Shown here one piece after another: positions 1 to 9,165 of a stretch of 64,000 nt of DNA (within the stretch, counting starts at the first letter, position 1; the number at the start of each line of letters is the position of its first letter). The notes beneath the pieces are model-generated. The model was given only the letters and a program-made list of their open reading frames with translations, had not been told where the DNA came from and made no database searches. This DNA comes from Candidatus Yanofskybacteria bacterium RIFCSPLOWO2_01_FULL_42_49. Lineage in GTDB: Bacteria > Patescibacteriota > Minisyncoccia > 2-02-FULL-40-12 > GWA2-44-9. Where the stretch lies: positions 3,636-67,635 of the forward strand of contig MGKI01000006.1 in the NCBI GenBank assembly GCA_001795615.1, read 5' to 3'. Position numbers and translations under genes: made by a program.

Positions 1-868
1 TAAAACCGGTTAAGGCCTCTTTCCGCTGGCCAAGCGAGCGGTTGGAATGTATCTCAGCAACCTTGTGACCCATATCTCTTATGGCTGCGCATATCTTGCG
101 TGCACCATGCTTTGTGCGCGAGAAAATTAAGACAGTCCCCTTGCATTCGTTGAGGAGTTCTCCCAACAATTTGAATTTCATTTCCCTTTTTACCAAAAAT
201 ATTTCCTGGTCAACAAGTTCTATCACCGTTCCAGCCGGAGCAACTTCAACCCGAATCGGCGAGACCATATACTTTGCGGCAATTTGGATTATTTCTGCAG
301 GCATTGTCGCAGAAAAAAGCATTGTCTGGTGTTTGGCGGGGACAAGGGCCAATATCTTTTTTATCTGCGGGGCAAAACCGATGTCCAGCATGCGGTCGGC
401 TTCGTCTAGGACGACTATTTGCACTAAGTCCAGTTTTAAATTTCCGCTTTCAATATGGTCAAGAAGCCGGCCCGGAGTGGCGATTATGATGTTCGGGTGG
501 CGGCGCAATGCCGCTACCTGTCTCCCCATATTCTCTCCGCCTATCAAAACAGCCGTTACAAGTCCTAACGAATATCCTATTTTATGAAGCATTTCTTCGA
601 CCTGGATTGCCAATTCCCGTGTCGGTAAAACCACCAAACCAATACCTCGCGAACCCCGGAGGCGCTGAAGAAGAGGCAACCCAAAAGCTAAGGTTTTTCC
701 TGTACCTGTTTGAGCAATACCAACTATATCCTTTCCTTCCATTGCCGGCTTAATGGCCTGGTATTGAATGGGGGTTGGAACGGTAAAATTGTTGCGTTCT
801 AAAATTTTTAAAAATTCCGGAGCAACGCCAAGGCCGTTAAAGCCCTGGACTGGTGATTGTGTTGTCAT
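1..868 (-). CDS. DEAD-box ATP-dependent RNA helicase (5' part; C-terminus runs off window start)
   Basis: Manual minus-strand translation from ATG at 868: MTTQSPVQGFNGLGV..., motifs AQTGTGKT (I), PTRELA (Ia), DEAD (II), SAT (III), LIFSRTK, HSNRSLGQR; absent from ORF track because it is open at window edge. Confidence 0.85.
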   Translation of the reverse strand, partial: MTTQSPVQGFNGLGVAPEFLKILERNNFTVPTPIQYQAIKPAMEGKDIVGIAQTGTGKTLAFGLPLLQRLRGSRGIGLVVLPTRELAIQVEEMLHKIGYSLGLVTAVLIGGENMGRQVAALRRHPNIIIATPGRLLDHIESGNLKLDLVQIVVLDEADRMLDIGFAPQIKKILALVPAKHQTMLFSATMPAEIIQIAAKYMVSPIRVEVAPAGTVIELVDQEIFLVKREMKFKLLGELLNECKGTVLIFSRTKHGARKICAAIRDMGHKVAEIHSNRSLGQRKEALTGF

Positions 869-875
869 TAAATTG

Positions 876-1039
876 AGAGACCATATCATAACCTCGTATT
901 CGGCTATAATCTTCAGAAATGGCCTACAACTTTGTGAAAATTCTTCAACATATCACAACGGATATGCTTCAGAATTTTCACTTTGTTTCGGCTCATTTCT
1001 GAAAATTCTATCTCGAAAGAAGGTTATGATATGGTCTCT
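876..1039 (-). promoter_or_regulatory. Structured 5' leader of helicase gene: perfect 19-bp inverted repeat (876-894 / 1021-1039) enclosing ~125 nt with inner partial IR; right arm abuts start codon
   Basis: agagaccatatcataacct ... aggttatgatatggtctct seen directly; arm lies immediately 5' of helicase ATG on minus strand. Confidence 0.35.
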
Positions 1040-1084
1040 TTGACCCGAGATCCTGAGAGTCACTATTAATGACAATTTGAGGTT

Positions 1085-1172
1085 CGCCCAGTCGGATGAC
1101 TGGGCGACGGGTCGGATGACCCGTCGAGTCGAGACCCGTTAACAAAGTTGAGCTAAGCTCGACGGGTCTTAT
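1085..1172. other. Three consecutive hairpins; first two are perfect 22-bp palindromes sharing core GTCGGATGAC with different, mutually compensating flanks
   Basis: CGCCCAGTCGGATGACTGGGCG (1085-1106) and CGACGGGTCGGATGACCCGTCG (1106-1127), then agacccgt...acgggtct stem (about 1131-1169). Confidence 0.3.
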
Positions 1173-1257
1173 CTGCTTATGTTTAATCATACGCTACAAC
1201 AAGAGTTAAGTCAATGTATGGACATTATAACTGTTTTTTGATTAAACTAATTATATT

Positions 1258-1728
1258 ATGAATAAATCTCGCAAAATAATTTTCGTAACCTTGACTGCCG
1301 TTATTGCGGTTAGCGTTATTTGGAACATTTATCGCCGAGAAATTCCTGCCGATATTTCTGAACACATAAAATCAAAAGGCGGCCTTGTCATCATTGACGA
1401 GCCAAAGCCACTCGAAGCGATAAGCTCGCCGCTTACAGTAAGAGGCAAAGCAAGAGGACCTTGGTATTTTGAAGCCAGTTTTCCAATCGTGCTTACTGAT
1501 TGGGACGGAAAGATCATTGCTGAACATTATGCCGAAGCAAAAAAAGAATGGATGACTGCTGACTTTGTGCCCTTCGAAGGCAAACTGAAATTTGAAAGCC
1601 CGGTCTTTGAGGGAGTCGGTAAAGATCATTTCAGCCGGCGTGGTTATTTGATATTCAAAAAAGACAATCCTTCGGGTCTGTCTGAATACGATGACGCCCT
1701 TGAGATCCCCATTTTGTTTAAAGATTGA
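1258..1728 (+). CDS. Membrane-anchored Gmad2 immunoglobulin-like domain protein
   Basis: N-terminal TM helix; ...LTVRGKARGPWYFEASFPIVLTDWDGKII... resembles Gmad2/GerM-associated Ig-like domain (recalled family pattern). Confidence 0.5.
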   Translation: MNKSRKIIFVTLTAVIAVSVIWNIYRREIPADISEHIKSKGGLVIIDEPKPLEAISSPLTVRGKARGPWYFEASFPIVLTDWDGKIIAEHYAEAKKEWMTADFVPFEGKLKFESPVFEGVGKDHFSRRGYLIFKKDNPSGLSEYDDALEIPILFKD

Positions 1729-1784
1729 TAAATAAAATTTTATGCTATACTTAGCGGATAGTAAACTTTTTAACAAAAACATAT

Positions 1785-1919
1785 ATGGCAAAAAGAAGAA
1801 CAGGTTTGGGCGGAACGGACAACCGCCGCAGAAAATCACACTCTCACAAAACCAAGAAGCGATTGGAAATAAAGAGAATCAGACTAGAGGCTCTGGCAAA
1901 GAGAAGAAGGCACAGATAA
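1785..1919 (+). CDS. Small Arg/Lys-rich hypothetical protein (44 aa); alternative frame ORF 1742-1924 equally uncertain
   Basis: MAKRRTGLGGTDNRRRKSHSHKTKKRLEIKRIRLEALAKRRRHR; followed by rho-independent terminator; no clear SD. Confidence 0.3.
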   Translation: MAKRRTGLGGTDNRRRKSHSHKTKKRLEIKRIRLEALAKRRRHR

Positions 1920-1927
1920 CATAAAAC

Positions 1928-1955
1928 GCCCCCGCACTTGCGGGGGCTTGTTGAG
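1928..1955 (+). terminator. Rho-independent terminator (GC stem GCCCCCGCA/TGCGGGGGC then T-rich)
   Basis: Hairpin 1928-1947 followed by cttgttg. Confidence 0.55.
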
Positions 1956-1963
1956 CCGGATAA

Positions 1964-2485
1964 TCAATCTCTGGAAACCCAACTGAGGTCAAGAATAGTG
2001 TATGTCGGGTTTTGACTAAACACCGGCCTGATGGGCATACCAATATACGGCTCCCCGTCTCCAAATTCAGAAAGATAACTCATAAGTTTTGTACAGATGC
2101 CGGGAATTTCAACGGAAATAAGCGGGCAGGGAACGGTTGCCTTAAATCCAGCACCAGGATAGTTGGTCGTAGAATGCGTATAAACCGTCGCTTGAGAAGT
2201 ATCTATTTTTACCCAGGACATTTCTTGCCAACAATCCGGACAATGCACGCGCGGAGGCAGCCATATACCAGCGTTGCCACATGAACCGCATACGGTTCCC
2301 CAAAGCGTGCCAGCAGCAAGTCCGTCAAAAAACTTTGAAATCCCACCGTATGAATGGAAATGGGTAATGTTCCTGGGGTTTTCTCTAAGAATGATGCCTT
2401 GGGGAATATTTTGTCGGAAAAGAACATCCGCCAACTTTGTCTTCGAATCAGCAGAAATGGTAACTTGCTGTCTCTGCTTACTCAC
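1964..2485 (-). CDS. DUF35-type Zn-ribbon/OB-fold protein (partner of SCP-x/archaeal-type thiolases)
   Basis: CGSCGNAGIWLPPRVHCPDC zinc ribbon then OB-fold-like C-terminus; start reassigned to GTG 2485 with SD AAGGGGGTGGAG upstream, overlapping thiolase stop (GTGAGTAA); ORF-track 246-aa version would overlap thiolase by 227 nt. Confidence 0.65.
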   Translation of the reverse strand: MSKQRQQVTISADSKTKLADVLFRQNIPQGIILRENPRNITHFHSYGGISKFFDGLAAGTLWGTVCGSCGNAGIWLPPRVHCPDCWQEMSWVKIDTSQATVYTHSTTNYPGAGFKATVPCPLISVEIPGICTKLMSYLSEFGDGEPYIGMPIRPVFSQNPTYTILDLSWVSRD

Positions 2486-3845
2486 TACTCCACCCCCTTT
2501 CCAGGATAATAGCTGTAACATGAGAACCTGTACCGGCGTGACTAATCGCCATACCTCGCCTTGCATTTGACACCTGCAGATTTTCAAAATTATTGGGCTT
2601 TGTTTTTCCAAAACGACCCCAATATTTATCGTCTGCGTGGAATTTATTCCATTCTCCCCGAATCTGCCAAAAAATTTCTGAAAGCTGGAATATCCCGGTC
2701 GCACCTACGGAATGCATGGAACCAAGGAGTCCGCCGGAAAGATTTGTGGGCAGCCGTCCGCCAATGAACGCATCTCCGCTCTCAATAAAATCAGCTCCCT
2801 CGCCATATGGCCGAAGGCCAATGTCTTCATAGGTTTGGATGTCTGATACCGTAAAAGCATCGTGCGTTTCAAGAACATCCAACTCTTTCACCGGATCAGT
2901 AATATCGGCCATATTGTAAGCAAGGTACGCGGCAAAACGAGCCGCAAGAAAACTGGTGAATCCGGGCCACTCGTTTTTTCGATCTTGATACAACTGAGGC
3001 CGCTCATTCGGCAAAAGCAGTACCGGCATATTTCTCCTATCGGCCGTACGCAAAGTATGCGAGCCCGAGCCAGTACCGACAACACTTACCGGATGGTCAG
3101 TCAGACGAAAAGCGGTCTCTTCGTCGGCAAGAACAATGCTGGCAGCACCCACACTCATAGCACAACATTCCGGAAAAGTAAGCGGGTCTGATACTACCGC
3201 TGATTTTAGAATTTCATCAACCGTATAATCACCGGGAAGCTGAGAGTAAGGAGAGAATCGCGCGTAATGATGATTCTTCTGGGCGATCTTTGTCAGTGTT
3301 TCGCGGTTTGGATTATATTCGTGAATATATCGACGCATCATAAGCGCATAATAAGTCGCATAAAGCCAGCCGAGTTCTGATTCAAAATCTTTGCATGCGG
3401 CAGATGCTATGTATGCATTGCCCTGACGGGTATTTACCTCGTCCATTCTTTCCCACCCAATAACCGGCACTAGCGAAGCATAACCGGACGCAATCGCCAT
3501 AACACCCGCAAGCACAGACGAACCGCCGGTTGCTCCGCCGGTTTTAACCTCAATATTACCTAACGGGTCAAAACCGAGATAGTCATGAATCTTAGCGGCA
3601 GCAAGCAATTGATCGCCGAAGTGGTCCGCAAATTGCGAATAGACGCAAAAGTTGACCATTTTTTTGAAGTCACGAGGCGAAATACCAAGCCCATCTTCTA
3701 CCGCCATTTTCAAGGATTCAAGACAAAGTTCGGTTGACTGTTTTTCAGGGTAGAATTTTCTGAAATCGGTCAGTCCGGCCGCTACCATATACACCGGACG
3801 AGACAACTTTGGAACCCTAAGATTGCCGTTGCCAAACGATATCAT
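2478..3845 (-). CDS. Thiolase-like protein (SCP-x / archaeal acetoacetyl-CoA thiolase type)
   Basis: 455 aa, thiolase fold pattern (VYMVAAGLTDFRKF..., GGATGGSS, C-terminal GGLLGSMHSVGATG); adjacent translationally coupled DUF35 gene. Confidence 0.8.
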   Translation of the reverse strand: MISFGNGNLRVPKLSRPVYMVAAGLTDFRKFYPEKQSTELCLESLKMAVEDGLGISPRDFKKMVNFCVYSQFADHFGDQLLAAAKIHDYLGFDPLGNIEVKTGGATGGSSVLAGVMAIASGYASLVPVIGWERMDEVNTRQGNAYIASAACKDFESELGWLYATYYALMMRRYIHEYNPNRETLTKIAQKNHHYARFSPYSQLPGDYTVDEILKSAVVSDPLTFPECCAMSVGAASIVLADEETAFRLTDHPVSVVGTGSGSHTLRTADRRNMPVLLLPNERPQLYQDRKNEWPGFTSFLAARFAAYLAYNMADITDPVKELDVLETHDAFTVSDIQTYEDIGLRPYGEGADFIESGDAFIGGRLPTNLSGGLLGSMHSVGATGIFQLSEIFWQIRGEWNKFHADDKYWGRFGKTKPNNFENLQVSNARRGMAISHAGTGSHVTAIILERGWSSE

Positions 3846-3950
3846 CTGAATTGATTACCCTTTGATTTTAATGTGCTTAGCCCAAGACTAATGACCTAGT
3901 TAACTTCTGTCAACTTGTAATTTCCGAATAATTTATTACGATGATTAAAT

Positions 3951-4319
3951 ATGAACAAAAAAAATCGTATTTATATAATAATAACCGGGGTCGTGGCGAT
4001 AACTTTAATTTGGCTTAGCCAAAGCAATAAGAATCTCAGGCCGGAGCTTGAATCTCTGTCCGGAGCAAATTCTATAAACAACACCGTGGACAAACCAGTC
4101 GATACGGTTGAGGGAACTCTGTGGAGATCTGACGACGACGCTAAGGGCAACCTGATGTTAGTAACCAGTGACGCGATAATATATATCAGAACATCTCGAG
4201 ACTTTAACGAGTTGGTAAGCAAAAATGTCGTCGTCTCAATAGACGGAACATCAGACAACTTCACGCTTCTCAATATAGAAAAAAACCTCGCCAAAGATGG
4301 GTTTATCCAAACAAATTAG
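3951..4319 (+). CDS. Hypothetical membrane-anchored protein
   Basis: N-terminal TM helix, 122 aa, followed by bidirectional terminator. Confidence 0.45.
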   Translation: MNKKNRIYIIITGVVAITLIWLSQSNKNLRPELESLSGANSINNTVDKPVDTVEGTLWRSDDDAKGNLMLVTSDAIIYIRTSRDFNELVSKNVVVSIDGTSDNFTLLNIEKNLAKDGFIQTN

Positions 4320-4322
4320 ATA

Positions 4323-4350
4323 TCAAAAGTCCCGCCGTAGCGGGACTTTT
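4323..4350. terminator. Bidirectional terminator, perfect 12-bp stem caaaagtcccgc/gcgggacttttg
   Basis: Lies between convergent genes ending 4319 (+) and 4355 (-). Confidence 0.6.
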
Positions 4351-4354
4351 GATA

Positions 4355-5575
4355 TTATTCATATCCTTTTAACTTACCGAGTTTGTGGTGCTGACGGATT
4401 TTTTCAAGAGCTTTGGCCTCTATCTGCCTGATTCGTTCGCGGGTAACGGCGAATACCTTGCCCACTTCTTCAAGTGTGTGGGTTACGCCGTCAGTAAGCC
4501 CAAACCTCATATCGAGGATTTTTTGCTCTCTGAGAGTGAGGTCAGAAATAATTTCATTGAGATATGTTTTTAAAATTTTCCTTGCGGCGGAAGTTGAAGG
4601 AGAAATCGTGTCTTCGTCGGGAATGAAACTTTCAAGGGCGCTATCTCCGTCGTCATCTTCGCCCACCGGCGACTCAAGAGAAATGGTCTCCTGGGATATT
4701 TTCTGAATATGGCGGATTTTCTCAACTTCCACGCCCATTTCAGACGCTACTTCTTCCGGCAACGGATCTCTGCCCAAATCCTGCACAAGCCGACGCACCA
4801 CTTGCTGGTATTTGTTGATGGTTTCAACCATGTGAACGGGAATACGGATAGTCCTGCCTTGGTCAGCCAAAGCGCGAGTAATCGCCTGCCGTATCCACCA
4901 TGTCGCATAGGTTGAAAATTTAAATCCTTTTTTGAAATCAAATTTCTCTACGGCTTTAAACAAACCGATGTTTCCTTCTTGAATCAAATCGAGAAGAGTA
5001 AGATTTGCCGAACGGCCGACATACTTTTTGGCGATGGATACAACCAAGCGCAAATTTGATAACGCCAACTTCTGACGAGCCGATTCGTCGTTTTTTTCTA
5101 TTCTCTTTGCCAATTCTACTTCTTCGTCTCCGGTCAGCAAAGGATATTGGCCAATTTCCTTAAGATACATCTGGACGGAATCAGATGTAGCCGCTTCACC
5201 GAATTCATCCTGGATCTTCTTTTTTTCGTCATATTCTTTTGTCTTTTCCTCTTCAAAAACACGGCCCGACTCGATTATGTTTATGTTGGAAGATTCAAGC
5301 CGGTCGTAGAGCATCTCAAGCCCCTTAATGTCTTTCTCAACTTCAGGAAAAGAATTAAGAATTTCTGACTGAGTGACAAAACCCCTGTGCCTGCCTTTTT
5401 CTATCAAAGCCAAAATGGCACTTTCGCTTAAAGGAGCGCCTTTTTTCTTGAGAGTTGTTTTTTTGCCAATCCTTTTCTTTATCTTAATTTTTTTGGCAAC
5501 CTTTCTCTTTTTCGGCCGAGCAACTCTTTTCTTTACCGGTTTTCTTTTTGATGATTTTTTCTTCTTTTTTGACAT
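4355..5575 (-). CDS. rpoD: RNA polymerase sigma-70 factor RpoD with lysine-rich N-terminal extension
   Basis: Regions 1.2-4: [39 protein letters not shown]-terminal HTH; N-term [25 protein letters not shown]. Confidence 0.9.
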   Translation of the reverse strand: MSKKKKKSSKRKPVKKRVARPKKRKVAKKIKIKKRIGKKTTLKKKGAPLSESAILALIEKGRHRGFVTQSEILNSFPEVEKDIKGLEMLYDRLESSNINIIESGRVFEEEKTKEYDEKKKIQDEFGEAATSDSVQMYLKEIGQYPLLTGDEEVELAKRIEKNDESARQKLALSNLRLVVSIAKKYVGRSANLTLLDLIQEGNIGLFKAVEKFDFKKGFKFSTYATWWIRQAITRALADQGRTIRIPVHMVETINKYQQVVRRLVQDLGRDPLPEEVASEMGVEVEKIRHIQKISQETISLESPVGEDDDGDSALESFIPDEDTISPSTSAARKILKTYLNEIISDLTLREQKILDMRFGLTDGVTHTLEEVGKVFAVTRERIRQIEAKALEKIRQHHKLGKLKGYE

Positions 5576-5580
5576 TTGTA

Positions 5581-5612
5581 ATTTATTTAGAAATTAGGAT
5601 TTAGAAATTTGG
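5581..5612. repeat. Heptamer-family TAGAAAT units spanning dnaG stop/rpoD upstream region
   Basis: atttatttagaaattaggatttagaaattt; encodes DnaG C-terminal QISKS. Confidence 0.4.
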
Positions 5613-7570
5613 GGGTTGTGTATCTCTGCCAATTCCCGCGTTAATTTGTTAAATGTTGCCGCAAGCTCACCTATCTTGGCCCTGTCTCCCACCGCTTCGG
5701 CTGCCCTTATTTCATAACCAAGATCAACCATTCGCGAATTGATAGTTTTTTGTTTTAATTTGTTAAAGATGTTTGAGAATTCCTCTTTTAGGTCTCCATC
5801 TTTGGCGTCACCCCACAACACTTGAGACCTTAAATAAATAAACTCCAGATCTAGCAACCTATCCGAATCAAACCTTTTTGTAAAGCTGCCAAAGTTGAAT
5901 TCCTCCAAATTTTCTTTAGCCAATTCGACTATTACCTGAGACGCTAGAGGACTCAAAAGCCGCGAATCAGCAGAAGCTTGCCCTTGTTCGGATCCTTTAC
6001 CGCAAAGCGCCGATATTTCTTCTTTGAAAAGCGCGGGTTTTTTAATTATTGCGGACAACAATGCCTCGTTCAAAATATCAGGCGCTTCTATCTTTGCGGC
6101 GACGGACGGCTTAGCCTTGGCTGTATCGGAAACAAGCTGAACGGAGTTATCATATACGGCTAAGTCGTCAGGAGAAGACATGATATCACTTTCCACGGCG
6201 TCTTCTTTGACTCTCAGTAAAAAAGCCAGCTGGCTGATCCAGTGGGATTTCTCCACCCTGCTTGAAAGGCGCTTAATGAAAGGCGCAACAGTTAGAATAA
6301 CACTTTTTTTGCTTTCAGCCGATCCCGAATTATAGTTTTCCTTTGCTTTGTCAAAATAAAATTCGACGACCGGCTTTGCCTTCTCGGCCACTTCTGCCCA
6401 GCTTGCCCCGAGCGGAATCAAGGGGTTGTTTCCGTATTTTTGAACATAGTCAGCCGGATCTTTGCACTCTTTGTCATTAATGGAAACGACTTTCACATTG
6501 AAATCCTGGCTTAACGCCATGCCTATGCCTCTTTTGGTCGCAACTGCTCCCGCCGAATCGGTATCAAAACATAAATCAAGATTGGAAGTAAATCTTTTTA
6601 AAAGGCCAAGGTGCATCGGCGTAAGAGCTGTACCCGATGAAGCGACAACATTATTAACCCCCGCTTGGTAAGACATAATAGCGTCCATGTTGCCTTCAAC
6701 AAGAAGGCACTTGTTCTTTTTTCTTATCTCGCCCCGAGCAAGATTAAGACCATACAATATTCGGCTTTTGTCGTAAATCAGTGTTTGGGGAGTGTTAATA
6801 TACTTTGCCACGACGCTCTGGTCTTTGTCAGGCCCACTTTGGGCTTGATCAAAGCCAGAAGTCGGGGTCCCGACCGATTTGCGCGTCGGGACTACGCCTT
6901 CGAATATACGCCCGGTAAATCCCACAACCCTACCATTTACATCTGATATCGGAAACATTATGCGCGAACGGAATCGATCATAAATAGAATTTGGGGCTTG
7001 GAATTTGGAATTTGTAACTTCTCGCTTTACAGCGAGCCCCGCATCAACTATTTCTTTTTCGGTAAAACCAGAATTGCGCAAGTAACCGCTCAAAGCTTCC
7101 CAAGTATCCGGAGCAAATCCGAGACGAAATTGGGTTATAGTTTTTTCCTCCAATCCCCTGCCCTTTAAGTATTCAAGGGCTAGTTTCCCCATATTTGAAC
7201 TGCCCAACTGCTTTTCAAAAAATTTCGCGGTAGTCTCGCATGCTTGGTACAAGCGGTCTTTGGAATCCTTTATCGCGGCATTAAACTCTTCCAGCTCAAC
7301 ACCAGCTCGCGCAGCAAGAATTTTCAAGGCTTCAGGGAACTCAACGCCCTCTATCTCTTTAACGAAAGTAAAAATATCCCCGCCTTTTTGGCAGCCGAAG
7401 CAGTGCCAAATCTGCCGTTCCGGAGATATAAAAAACGAGGGGGTTTTCTCGCTGTGAAACGGGCAAGGGGCTTTGAAATTTATTCCGGCTTTCTGCAATT
7501 TTAAATAGCCGGAGACAACGTCTACTACGTTTAAACGATCTTTAATTTTGGAGATGTTGTCGCCAGCCAT
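5594..7570 (-). CDS. dnaG: DNA primase DnaG
   Basis: CHC2 zinc finger CPFHSEKTPSF...WHCFGCQKGGD, TOPRIM region; dnaG-rpoD operon order. Confidence 0.9.
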   Translation of the reverse strand: MAGDNISKIKDRLNVVDVVSGYLKLQKAGINFKAPCPFHSEKTPSFFISPERQIWHCFGCQKGGDIFTFVKEIEGVEFPEALKILAARAGVELEEFNAAIKDSKDRLYQACETTAKFFEKQLGSSNMGKLALEYLKGRGLEEKTITQFRLGFAPDTWEALSGYLRNSGFTEKEIVDAGLAVKREVTNSKFQAPNSIYDRFRSRIMFPISDVNGRVVGFTGRIFEGVVPTRKSVGTPTSGFDQAQSGPDKDQSVVAKYINTPQTLIYDKSRILYGLNLARGEIRKKNKCLLVEGNMDAIMSYQAGVNNVVASSGTALTPMHLGLLKRFTSNLDLCFDTDSAGAVATKRGIGMALSQDFNVKVVSINDKECKDPADYVQKYGNNPLIPLGASWAEVAEKAKPVVEFYFDKAKENYNSGSAESKKSVILTVAPFIKRLSSRVEKSHWISQLAFLLRVKEDAVESDIMSSPDDLAVYDNSVQLVSDTAKAKPSVAAKIEAPDILNEALLSAIIKKPALFKEEISALCGKGSEQGQASADSRLLSPLASQVIVELAKENLEEFNFGSFTKRFDSDRLLDLEFIYLRSQVLWGDAKDGDLKEEFSNIFNKLKQKTINSRMVDLGYEIRAAEAVGDRAKIGELAATFNKLTRELAEIHNPQISKS

Positions 7571-7643
7571 TCAATGGAAACAACCTAACATAATTTTGAT
7601 AAATAATAAAGCGGCCCAATTCAAGCTGGACCGCTGTTATGCT

Positions 7644-9089
7644 TTACCATTTGCCCCAGATGGGTTCTCTGTTTTCAAAACAGCCGAAACAGAAATCTTT
7701 CGGATCTTTATCGAAACATCTTACCGCATCGTACAAATCCGACAACAGCTGATAACCGACAAAATTGGCCTCCGTTTCAGCCGCAATCGACTTGCAGTCT
7801 ACCGACAATCCTTCGACTATGTGACTGGCGGCAATTAACCGCCTGCCCTTCCCTCTCATATCTATGCCCTTACCGCAAGGCCCCAGTATCGGTGGTGCGC
7901 CAGACAAAACTGAAATCCACTTTACCCCAAAACCCCTCAATACCCTGATAATTTTTCGGATTGTGTTGCCTCTTACAATTGAGTCTTCAATTATCCAAAA
8001 ACGCGCATCGGGATTATCTTTAAGAATACCATCGATAGCGAAACGCAGAAAACTAAATTTTATTCTAAGCGTATCATCTATCACCACCTGGCTTTCTTTG
8101 GTGAAACTTCTTCCAACAGAGTGGCGCCGAATTAATATAGTCGTTAACTTTCGGTTAAGCGCTTGGCAAAAACCCTCTGCGTATGAGTTGGAAGAATCAG
8201 GTATGTTAGTAATAATGTCGTCCGGTTTTACTAAATGACCAAAATTTGTAGCCAGTCTTCGCCCTAATTCTTTTTGAAACTCACTGACGGGTATACCGAA
8301 TATTACCGATGACGGAATACTGAAATACACCCCTTCATAAACGCATTGGTTAAGAGATTGCGTCCCTCCTTCATCGTACAGCATGTGCGAAGAAAGGCCG
8401 CCGGCAGTAATTACCAAAATTTCACCGGGCAGAACATCGCGTTCGTAAAAACCGTTTACCACTTCAAAAGCAGAATTCTCTGAAGCAACAACATAACCGC
8501 CGCCAAGCCTGCCTAGCGACAAGGGTCTGTTGCCAGATGGATCACGCGCCGCTATGAGAGCAATCTCGCCTTTATAATTGGTTAGCATACACAAGGCATA
8601 TGTGCCACGATAGGATTTTAAACCCTTCTTCAGCGCCTCCAATAAATCGTCGGTACCAGCCAAATTCATGTAATGCAATATCATCTCCGAATCGGAATTA
8701 GTAAACAATACCGATCCGCGATTGATAAGAACCTGCCGATCTTCTTCAACAAAAGGAGAATCGCCATTATGAACTACATAAAGCCACCCCCACGGCATTT
8801 CAAATTTAAGAGGATGGGCGTTATCGAATGATCTGGGGTCACCCGAGGTACCATACCTGACATGACCAACTCCGGAAAAAAAGGAGCCGTCGTTTTGAAA
8901 ACCAGAACTGCCAATTTTTATAACTAAATCCGGAACAGTAAATTCTGTCCGTTCATAAAAAGAATCCCCACTATATTTAGCAAGAGCCAGCCCGGCACCA
9001 TTTTCCCCCCGATATTGAAGAGCATTCATCAAAGAAGTAACCACATCATAAGCATCCGGTACATTTATAGCCCCAACCACACCGCACAT
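7644..9089 (-). CDS. purF: Amidophosphoribosyltransferase-like (class II Gn-AT + PRTase)
   Basis: N-terminal MCGVVG nucleophile Cys, GYVVASENSAF, PRTase motif IIEDSIVRGNT. Confidence 0.7.
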   Translation of the reverse strand: MCGVVGAINVPDAYDVVTSLMNALQYRGENGAGLALAKYSGDSFYERTEFTVPDLVIKIGSSGFQNDGSFFSGVGHVRYGTSGDPRSFDNAHPLKFEMPWGWLYVVHNGDSPFVEEDRQVLINRGSVLFTNSDSEMILHYMNLAGTDDLLEALKKGLKSYRGTYALCMLTNYKGEIALIAARDPSGNRPLSLGRLGGGYVVASENSAFEVVNGFYERDVLPGEILVITAGGLSSHMLYDEGGTQSLNQCVYEGVYFSIPSSVIFGIPVSEFQKELGRRLATNFGHLVKPDDIITNIPDSSNSYAEGFCQALNRKLTTILIRRHSVGRSFTKESQVVIDDTLRIKFSFLRFAIDGILKDNPDARFWIIEDSIVRGNTIRKIIRVLRGFGVKWISVLSGAPPILGPCGKGIDMRGKGRRLIAASHIVEGLSVDCKSIAAETEANFVGYQLLSDLYDAVRCFDKDPKDFCFGCFENREPIWGKW

Positions 9090-9135
9090 GTTGTCTCACC
9101 TCCATTTCAAAGTTCCGGTTGTTATGATACAAAAT

Positions 9136-9165
9136 TAAACCCCCTTCGTATAGGGGGGGCAATTT
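9136..9165 (-). terminator. Rho-independent terminator for lipoprotein gene (CCCCC-ttcgtata-GGGGG, T-run on minus)
   Basis: Hairpin 9140-9157, A-run 9131-9139 on plus. Confidence 0.55.

Noticed and set aside
81-587. 168-aa plus-strand ORF at window start
   Set aside because: It is the antisense shadow of the minus-strand DEAD-box helicase. The minus-strand translation carries all helicase motifs.
1742-1924. 60-aa ORF as the real gene in place of the 44-aa Arg-rich frame
   Set aside because: Both frames are low-complexity and lack an SD. I kept the 44-aa frame at low confidence because it ends just before the terminator. Either could be spurious.
1964-2704. Long (246 aa) version of the DUF35 ORF starting at ATG 2704
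   Set aside because: The first 73 codons overlap the thiolase C-terminal coding region in another frame. A GTG at 2485 with a strong SD, overlapping the thiolase stop, is the plausible start.
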